Source: Callorhinchus milii
Taxonomy: Eukaryota
Assembly (NCBI RefSeq): GCF_018977255.1
Contig: NW_024704742.1
Coordinates: 26,476,001 to 26,540,000, forward strand
Direction of reading: 5' to 3'
DNA: 64,000 nt
This document shows, one piece after another, positions 53,081-62,011 of this stretch (the stretch's first letter is position 1; each line of letters begins with the position of its first letter). The position numbers and the translations under genes were made by a program. The notes below the pieces were generated by a model. That model saw only the letters and a program-made list of their open reading frames with translations, ran no database searches and was not told the DNA's origin.

Positions 53081-54794
53081 TACTGCTCAACATGCCCAAA
53101 ATTTCAGCTCCGCTTGCAAAACATGTGGGACAAAAAATATTTTTAGAATTATCCAACTGGACCACACCCCAGTCCATAACAACAACTTGTACAGCAGCCT
53201 TCAAACACAATAGTGTCTTGGAGCATTTTAGTCATTCTGCTCAACCCAAAAATAATAGTTTCCTGCATTTCTTCCTAATTGCCGCTCAGCACTGCATCCC
53301 ACTCAAATGACAGCAGACAGACCTCACATCCCCTCTGAACTTATCATTTTGGAAATGATTCTCGATTTATTCTGGCCGAAGAATTGCTCAAAAGGCTGAA
53401 CTAGCAGATTGGTTGAAACCAGCAGTGTGTTCCTTTAGCGTGACAAGCTGCCAATGACACACTGTCACCCAAAACAGCTCTGTGGTACAAGTCATAGGCA
53501 TCGTTCTAAAGGGACAAGTCAATCAACGGAAAAATATCAAAGGGGCTGCAGGAAGAAGCTCCTAAATGCCCCCTAAATGTGTGATATTACTACTTATCAT
53601 TCACTAAATAGTTTTTTTGAGAGCCTCATTTTAATGAACAGTTGTGGCTCACTTTACCAGAACGAAATTAATCTCCTGGGGACGTTGCAAAAACCGCAGG
53701 GAATATTTTTTCATTAACGTTTGCTGCCAAGGCCAGATCCGCATCCGTCAGAATATAACATGACCATTTAGACACTCAGTGGATGAGGATGAGTATGCAG
53801 TGGTCACAGCGACACTATTGCCATGGGAACCGTCTTCATTTGTCTTTTGCCAGTAATCTGAAAGCAGCACTCATCAGCGCCGTGCTGCCAAAAGTCTCAT
53901 TTATTTTCTAACACTCAATTGCCAGTGACCTGCAAGTTGCAGCACTGAGACTGTGCTGCGAGCCATTTTAGTTTGAATGGTCAGTAACGAGATCTCAGCT
54001 TGAGCTCTCTTCTGGGCATCGTTACATAGAAAAACTATTACCACGCTGAAAATTCAAGAATAATCTTGATGTTCTTACCAGCTATTTGGTTTTCAGCACT
54101 GAGATACTGAGGCCTCCTCCAGTTCAAGTTTCAACTTGATTTGACCCAAGGTGATCCAGCTCATCAAACTCAAACAGAGTTCCAAGCATTTGAACAGCAG
54201 GTCATTTAGAACTAGGGCCAGTTTGGGATTTATTGGCAAACTCTGAATATTGGCTTCGCATCTTCCCCGCACTGATAATTCTATACATACGGGACACTGC
54301 TGTGTGCAATTGGCTACCGCGTTTCAGTCACAAAATATACAGTCAATTTCGCTTTACAGTATATTCTGTGAAGCACTTTGAGACGTCTCAATGACATGAT
54401 AAGATGCTGTATCAAATGCAAGGATTATTTTTATTATTATTCTTATTATATATTCTGGTGCAAAACAAAACCCTGTTTGTATCTTAAAACAACCCGGGTC
54501 AAATAACTTGGAAAATTTAAGAATCAGTAATTCTGAATGGACACCTTTTGGTAACTGTATACTTTCACAGTTAATGGTACCATGCAGCTCCTAATAAGCT
54601 TATTTTACCTACAAAATACAGTTGCTACATTTTACAGAATGTCCTGTGAAGGGCTTTGAGATGTCGTCCCATTATACAAAGCGATATCAAAGGTGAGGGT
54701 TATTATGATTACCAATAAACCCAACTGACTGTGGAACAGAATCACTGATAGCAGCAACTCATTACTATTAGTATTTTGCTATTTGTATAACATA

Positions 54795-55420
54795 GACCAC
54801 ACCTAGAAAACTGTGCAGTTTGGATGATCAATTAAGAGACAGGATATAGAGCCATCGGATACAGCAGGATGTCAGTCTATGAAAGTATACAGTTGCCGCA
54901 AAATGCTTAAGGAAAACCATTTGCTGGAGTCGGGAAAACTAAGAAGGGAAGTAAAACATGTAATCCAAACTAATGAAACGTTTAGATGGAGAACGAGAGA
55001 AGAATTAATTTCGACAGGTGGGCAAGTCAGCAACACAGTTATATAAACACAAGATTATTACTGTAAGTATTAAGGAGGCTAGAGGAAATGTGTTCACAAA
55101 AAGAGTTAATAGGATAGCATTTCTGCCAAGTGGCTTTTGAAGCCAAGGGAATCATAACATTTAAAAAAAACTACAGAATGAGATATGGGAAAGGACAGGG
55201 TTTGGGGATTAAAGCAAATATTTGAACCATTTTTAAATCTCCTGTTCCCCTACTGGATTTCCACCACTATATTTGTCAAGTGCCTAGAAACGTTCTTTGA
55301 CTAGAAAGGCACTGTAAACACAAGCTTCTTGTAGTAAATTCCAGGAGTGGAGGGACAGAAGAGTGGTGGAGGGAACTTAGCATCGCAAGGACATAATGAA
55401 CTAAATGGCCTCCTTCTGGG
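54795..55420 (+). mobile_element. Highly degenerate CR1 fragment
   Basis: agaccacacctagaaaactgtgcagtttgg...tgttcacaaaaagagt...aaatggcctccttctg remnants. Confidence 0.55.
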
Positions 55421-56090
55421 CTGAAAATTTCAAGGACACTAATCAAACAAATATAGAGTTTACTGGAAAATAAAAGGACTGTTCAATGCCATTTAATCTT
55501 TCGTGTTGGCCTTTCAAATGGTTTACCATTGATGATGGTACTGTGCAGTAGACTGGATATCGAATCGTTTGCCCAGTCATTATTGTCTACCCTAACATAG
55601 CAATCATTTTTTTTGTGTGGGGGGGATTAACTGTAAGGTTTAAGATTTGCAGCTGATAAGGTTCACGGTTCATCGTACCCACATACAAACCTTTATTTCA
55701 ACATGTGAAGGAATTGGATTCTTTCAGATAATGCAGCTAATCTTTTCTGCCTGGGCTTCACCTCAGACAAGTATATTTCACCTCCAGACAATGATGAACT
55801 GTCCCTGACGATGTTGAACTACAAACCACACCTAATCTGCAGCTTTCTGATGGATTCACATCACATTTTCTTATCGGGCAAACCCATCAGGATTTTCATA
55901 GCATAAATGTGCGGTATTTAATACATTTGATCTGATAAATGCTCACCAATTCTATTTTACTATTTAAATTTAGGACTACATTTTTATCCTGCCATTGATC
56001 AAATTTACCTACAAGTACAGTCACTCCACTTTACAGCAAAATCCTGTGAAGTGCTTTTGAGACGTTGTCCTGATGTGAAAAGCTCTATAT

Positions 56091-56409
56091 GGAGTCCTGT
56101 AGCTCAGTGGTTAGAGCACTCGCTTTGCAAGTGAGAGACCTGAGTTCAATTCCAGGCAGAGGGCGAAACCTTGGGCAAGTTTCCTTACTCCACACAGAGC
56201 CTAATAATAATCCCTCCAAAACCAAAAACAATAATAAATTGGTCATTTTCAATCTACGACTGTTTGTGGGACATTGCTGTGCGCAATTGGCTGCCGCGTT
56301 CGCCCACAAATATACAGTCAATTCACTTTACAGTGTGTTCTGTGAAGCGCTTTGGGACGTCCTCCCGACGTGAAAAGCATTATATCAAATGCAAGGATTA
56401 TTATTATTT
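56091..56409 (+). mobile_element. Young full-length tRNA-derived SINE (short form), nested in an older SINE tail
   Basis: A box TAGCTCAGTGG (56100-56110) and B box GAGTTCAATTCC (56142-56153). Anticodon-like arm ctcgc-tttgcaa-gtgag; L2-type hairpin and (TAT)n tail; flanking tatat duplication. Confidence 0.93.
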
Positions 56410-57179
56410 ATATCAAATAAATGCAAGGATTATGAATATAGAATTATTATCACACAAGGGATGTTATTCTCAGAGGTACAAAGTAGCTGTGCAGCAGGAA
56501 TTAGATGTCACTGAAAGAAGACAGGAGAATTGAGATTCCAAGGGATTTGCACACTATTCTGACTTGGTTTCTGGGTTCTGCTGCTCAAATTACTAATGAG
56601 AAAATAAACGGCCTATAAATCAATAAAATAAGTGGGACCACTGAGATGGAAACCCAGGATCCTTCAGTCACACATCTAGTGGACAACTGGTTGACCTTCC
56701 CAGGTTCACAGACCCATATAATAAGCAAAGGCCAGAAATTAACAAGGTGCAACTTAAAATACAATTCCATTGCAAAACCATCACTATCCTCCCATTACAA
56801 TGTTTACTGTTCAGGCAATGCTTCTGAAAAAACTTATTAGAATTCTTTCAATACTGAAGAAAGATTTCAACATGAAATAAAAACCAATATTATAGCAGTT
56901 CACTGTCAGAATACGGGTGCCAAACTGCAATCGCTTCTGTACATTTGTTCCAATTCTTTTTCAATTGAGTTTATTGGAAATTTAGATGAAGTTATCTGTG
57001 GCGGTATTATAGATTATAAAACCTATGCACGCTTGGAAGCTGCAACACACTTCCAGTTCTCAGAGAAATAAAATTCATGTGTGGCAATTAACAAGAAAAG
57101 TTAAGTCTCAACAGGTCTGATTTCTGTGATACTGACAATTCCCTTTGAAATCTTGCTTGCATATTAGATCAAAGGATAC

Positions 57180-57357
57180 TGAAACTCCTGTCTGTGATTC
57201 CTAAATGCCAGAGGTTAATCCTGAGGTCGTCAGCGGACATGTACGTCTCACAGTCACTGTTGACGGAGATCGAATTGATGTGATAGGTATGAGCGTTAGC
57301 AAAGATCCTCCGGGGGGTGACCTCCACCATAAGATCCATGGGCTTCAATACCGGCAC
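57180..57357 (-). CDS. PPP2R2C: PP2A B55-gamma coding exon (178 bp); upstream exons lie beyond the window
   Basis: tttctctctgtag|[59 protein letters not shown](N)|gtatccttt; phase 0 to 1. Confidence 0.97.
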
Positions 57358-57564
57358 CTACAGAGAGAAAGACATTATAACTAATGAGCCACATGAATCA
57401 CAGCAGCTTTCTATGAACTCATTCACAACTCAGAATGGACTTTCATTCCAACATCGGTCTCTACACTTCAGAAAGCACCACCGTATTTGCACTGTACATT
57501 GCTCAAATTGTAGATTAGCAACACAAATTTGCTTAAGGGAAAAAGTATAGGTATTTACAAAACT

Positions 57565-57680
57565 GTTTTTTTTGTCAGTCAAGTGTCTGACACATGTGGA
57601 AAACTGTCATTAAACTTAAGAGTATCCAGACCAGACAGAGCTTCATGTATATATGCGACGTACACGTGGAAATTCTAGGG
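57565..57680 (+). repeat. Unclassified dispersed repeat (family U1), copy 5
   Basis: ttttttgtcagtcaagtgtctgacacatgtggaaa...cagaccaga...acgtggaaattctag. Confidence 0.68.
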
Positions 57681-57935
57681 ATGGGTGCTAAAGGCTGGCC
57701 TCGCCATCATCCTGAGACAGAGTAAAATATAAATACAACTTCCATAATACAAACATTAAAAGATTAAAATCTACGGACAGATCTTTCGTGAAACTAAATA
57801 TCTTACAGTTAGAGCATTTTGTTTCCAGTGAATTTTCGGCAAGGATAATGGGGCAATAACAGACAACTGGATACCATTTCACCCTTCCTCTTAGCACTGT
57901 CCTTGTTATTGCTAGGCGCGTGCATCACTTGCAAT

Positions 57936-58262
57936 ATAATAATAATAATCCTTGCATTTGATATAGAGTCTTATCATGTTGTTGAGACATTTCAAAGTGC
58001 TTCACAGATTATACTGTAAAGTGAATTGATTGTATATTTTGTGGGCGAAACGTGGCTGCCAATTGCGCACCACAAATAGTAACCAATTTATTATTGTTTT
58101 TTTGTAGGAATTATTACCCCCGGAAAAGCAATCCGCCAATTGTCAATCAACCGGATTTCTACTTACTGCTGGGTAAACAGAGGCGTGTGGAGTAAGGAAA
58201 CTTGCCCAACATTCTGCCTGGAATCAAACCCAAGTGCTCTAGCCACTGAGCTACAGGACTCC
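57936..58262 (-). mobile_element. tRNA-derived SINE (long form) with small internal deletions
   Basis: Head GGAGTCCTGTAGCTCAGTGG on minus strand; extra segment 58116-58182 shared with 7068-7134; standard tail. Confidence 0.9.
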
Positions 58263-58819
58263 ATGTAATTGTGTTATGTCAGAGGGATATAAATCACATC
58301 ATCTCAAGTTTTTCCTGTAATACTACACAGACACCTGATCAGTTAATGTTATGGGGTATGACCCTTTCTCCAGACTGCATTGTGAGGCACTCCATTTGAC
58401 AGAATTACAGGTCCCGAAGGGATTGCTGGATTTACAGCGATGTCGCCTCTGAACCTCTGCTTGAATTTGGAATCCCTACTATCTGAAGAGAATTTCACCA
58501 ATGACATTGACCCTTTTCTTTTTAAAACATAAAATTACCACCAAAAATCTTTTGATTTGGGGAAATGTAAAATATTATTTTCCAGAAATATTATTTTCAA
58601 GCTTGTTTATACAGATGGGAAGCAATTGGACAAGCTGTGGTTGAGGTCAGGACCCTGGCCGTTTAAAAAAACAGTTTGATATTGTGATGGGAGGATGGTG
58701 GGTGGGTGTTCTGGAGAGATGATATCAGATGGACAATACGTCATTCTTCATCCAAACCAATACAATGATCTAGAGTTTTCAGTATTGGCACTCAGAAAGA
58801 ACCCAGAAGTAACAAAAGC

Positions 58820-59000
58820 AGGTGGCAGCCTGATGTGATACTGGATAGAGCCACAGATTACAGACCAGGAACTTGCTGGTTCAAATCTTAGTTTGTGCTG
58901 TGTTTGCCAGTCTCAGCTGGGTTGCAGGGGAGGTTAAATTGGCCCTGGCCGTCCCAGGGTTAGAGATTTAAATCCATCGAGTTCTCTGGGCCTGATCACT
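58820..59000 (+). mobile_element. Old tRNA-like SINE fragment of a separate family
   Basis: tacagaccaggaacttgctggttcaaatc (B-box-like), colinear with the reverse complement of 2560-2740. Confidence 0.4.
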
Positions 59001-59329
59001 TGCACATTTACAATGGCCTGGGGCAGGAGGGTGGTGGGGGGAAGAAATTGGAGGGTAACCATCAGTATCCTGTGTACATTGTGAGGTGATTTTTATTTCC
59101 CACTGTGTTTTTTAAAAAAATATATAAATGTATTAGGTCCAATTATTTTTAAAATAGTCTACCCATTAGCACTGCCTATGCTACTAATCACCAGCCTCCT
59201 CTCCTGACTCAAGAGGCCTGAGCATTACTAGCTGAGCCAGACTGACACTATACAAGGCTTTAACCTCCTTTTGTGCAAATTCCAATTTTTTCACTTAATT
59301 TTTTTCACTATTTTTACTTTAAAAGTTCA

Positions 59330-59760
59330 GCCCAATGGGAGGCATGAGAGTGTTGAGTTTTCAAGTGCTTTTTTTAATCTTGCTTTCTTTCATAGCCTTC
59401 CTCCCACACGTGGCTTTTTACAGTATCCATAAGCTATTAATTGCCTCTCCATATTTTGTTAGCAACACCCCAGACTGAAGCAGGGTCAACTCTCCCGTCA
59501 TCATTAATATTAAAATAATCAGTATCTAAACATTTAGCTGCATCAGGGTTCTGAAACAAGGATTCATTAAGCCTCCATGGATGGACAATTAGACAATGGA
59601 TCAAATATAAAATCAATTCAGACAGGAGCGTGATCCGAAGTGTTAGCAATGTCAATAGGAATATCCAATAATGATGGTATTCCACTGCAAGAATTAGTTT
59701 CAGCCCAGAATAACTGTTGCAGATAGTTGGTGTGAAGAGTATAAATAATCACATCCCTTG
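59330..59760 (-). mobile_element. Degenerate L1/Tx1-clade LINE ORF2 fragment (post-endonuclease region)
   Basis: Peptide PWRLNESLFQNP...YFNINDDGRVDPASVWGVANKIWRG resembles the fish L1 motif WRLNxSLL...YFxxNDxGxVxPxxLWDAAKAVxRG. Confidence 0.6.
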
Positions 59761-60131
59761 GGACATCTCAGGCTTCAAGCATCAGTCAAGCTCTGATCCT
59801 ATAATTAGCCTGGTCAGAGATACACAGTCACCACTGTGAGTGCAAGGCACCAGTCCTGATCAATTTAGCACAAAGTCAAGGGCAAGATTACAATCTCCCC
59901 CACTTAGAAAAGGCTGATTCTTCAATCATTCTTCAGTTATTACCTCAAAATAATGAAGATTCTTGTTCAGGAACACATTTAGTAGAATCCTGTTACAACG
60001 TGCTTCATTAAATCGCAGGTTCGTTTGGAAAGGATTGAATGTGGACCTCAATATTTGCCTACTAAATAAATCCAACAAGAGTGGAGGAAGTCAAGAAGGA
60101 TTGCTCTAAAATGCTGGCTGTCATCCTAAAC

Positions 60132-60267
60132 AAATGTCCGACTTCAGTGTTATCAGGTTGCCGCCGACATCACTTCCTCATGAAGTGAAATCGCCAACGT
60201 TACTTCTGTGTGAAGTGGACAGGAAGTGATGTTGACTACAACCCGATGACCTGGAATTCAGCCATTC
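60132..60267. repeat. ~136-bp imperfect palindrome (MITE-like)
   Basis: Arms ttatcaggttgccgccgacatcacttcct and aggaagtgatgttgactacaacccgatga are reverse-complementary and extend to ~47 bp. Confidence 0.75.
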
Positions 60268-61187
60268 TTTAGTGTGGGTACCAGTCAGCGCACAGACAGA
60301 TCTGTGCTTATGCACAGTGAATGCAGAAGTGTTAATGTCCCATTATAGCCCTATTGGGGATGTTAAGAACAAGCAACTACTGTATTATAATGGTGCCCCA
60401 CTGAATAAATGGGCTTTGAAACGCTTTGAGACATCTCAAAGATGTGATAAGGTGCATTATCAAATGCAATGATTATTATTATTATTATTATAAAGAAATA
60501 GTTTTGGCCAATTGTGTGCAGGAAGTGGCATCAGCTGCATCTGCCATCCCAGAAGTCAGCCTTTTTCACATTTTGTTATAAAGGGCAACTGAGATACTGA
60601 ATTCAGACGGCAATATTATAATAGTTGCCCTGTACAATCAGTCAAATGGACTCCCACTGTGTTGAACATTTCTATGGAGATTTGCATATGGACAAAGTAT
60701 TATTGGTTCCCATTACTAATATAAAATAAGCTGCGACTCCAAAAATGGTTCTTCCAAATTGGACGTTGCGAAAACTGACGACTTTTCATTGTTGGGCTCA
60801 AGAGGCACGTTTGGGTCTGGCAATAAACTAGTAATATGAAACCACACAAATAGGAATTAACACACCCTATAGCAGGCACAGGCAGACATTTAAGTTCTGC
60901 AATGTTCAGCTGCTAGCCAGTCCTCATTCATAGGACATTGCTCTATCCCAGCCCCTCCGCCCTTGTGCCCAACATAGGCACAATTAGTAGCAGCTTGTCC
61001 TGTCTGTCTGACTCCCACGCATGTTGACCGAGATCAGCAACCTGTCTTGTGAAGGCTTTTAATCTGCTCTTCTAAATAGAGTTAAAACATCAAATTGTGC
61101 AGAAAGGATTATATAATGATAAGCTTTGCATTTAATACAGTACCTTAAATTATATTTTCTATATATTATATTTTCTATAAATTATAT

Positions 61188-61365
61188 TTTCTCTTTGACC
61201 GAACCTTCGGTTCTCCTCTCGACTCTCTACCCCCTCCTCGCTCCCTCCCTTCCCTCACCCTGATCATTTCCCCCCTGCTCGGGTCCTGACCCAACTGTAC
61301 AGCGCCTTGGGACGTCCTCCTGACGTGAAAGGCGCTCTATAAATGGAATCTTGTTGTTATTGTTG
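61188..61365 (+). mobile_element. 5'-truncated young L2 3' end nested in a minus-strand SINE tail
   Basis: Matches the reverse complement of 62012-62246 with one copy of the 3' UTR repeat. Flanked by gtacctta at 61140-61147 and 61365-61372. Confidence 0.92.
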
Positions 61366-61439
61366 TACCTTATCACATCGTCTGGATTTCTCAAAGCACT
61401 TGACAGGATATACTGTAAAGGATGTACTGTACATGGTAT

Positions 61440-62011
61440 GACAAGACCGAGGCTCTCCTGATTGGCTCCTGTCAGTGCCTCCTCAACTCGCGCTGACAGC
61501 ATCACCATCCATGGTTGCACACTCCACTTTACTAAGCCAGATCGGAACCTTGGGGTCTTGTTTGACCCTCAACTATCCTTTCTACTCCACATCTGTGCCA
61601 TGACCTGCTCTGCCTTCCCCCACCTCTGCAACGTCGCCCGGCTCAGACACTGTCTCACACCACAGGCCGTCGAAACCCTCATACATGCCTTCATTACATC
61701 GAGGCTCGACTATGCAAACTCACTGCTTGTCGGCCTCCCCAACTCCTCCCTCCATAGGCTGCAGATCATCCAGAACTCTGCAGCCCATGTCCTCTCCTGC
61801 ACTGGGCTCCGCCACCCTATCATCCCCATCCTCGCCCAACTCCACTGGCTTCCTGTCACACAGGGGATACAGTTCAAGATCCTGGTCTTCACCTTCAAAG
61901 CTCTCCACGGTCTACCTCTCTGACTTCCTAAACCCCTACCACCCTGCTCACTCCCTACGCTCAGCGGGTTCTGGCCTACTTCACGTCCCCCGCCTTGCTC
62001 GTTCCGCTATT
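61440..62011 (+). mobile_element. Older L2 ORF2 C-terminal fragment, cut off by the young L2
   Basis: [13 protein letters not shown]...ETLIHAFITSRLDYANSLLVGLP...LHWLPV...FKILVFTFKALHGL. Homology stops abruptly at the (caa)n tail of the next element. Confidence 0.93.

Larger units (their letters stand above)
45347..57179 (-). other. PPP2R2C: U12-type (minor spliceosome) GT-AG intron, 11,833 bp
   Basis: 5' splice site GTATCCTTT (57179-57171). Branch site TTCCTTAAT (45370-45362), with the branch A 16-17 nt upstream of the 3' end TCCAG; little polypyrimidine tract. Confidence 0.93.

Noticed and set aside
53817..53830. RFX X-box-like ATTGCCATGGGAAC
   Set aside because: Two mismatches to the palindromic consensus; plausible by chance in 64 kb.
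56091..56165. tRNA-Ala(TGC)-like gene (also heads near 4345-4418, 7165-7239, 12180-12255)
   Set aside because: No acceptor-stem pairing and no Pol III terminator; it runs straight into a SINE body, so it is a SINE head.
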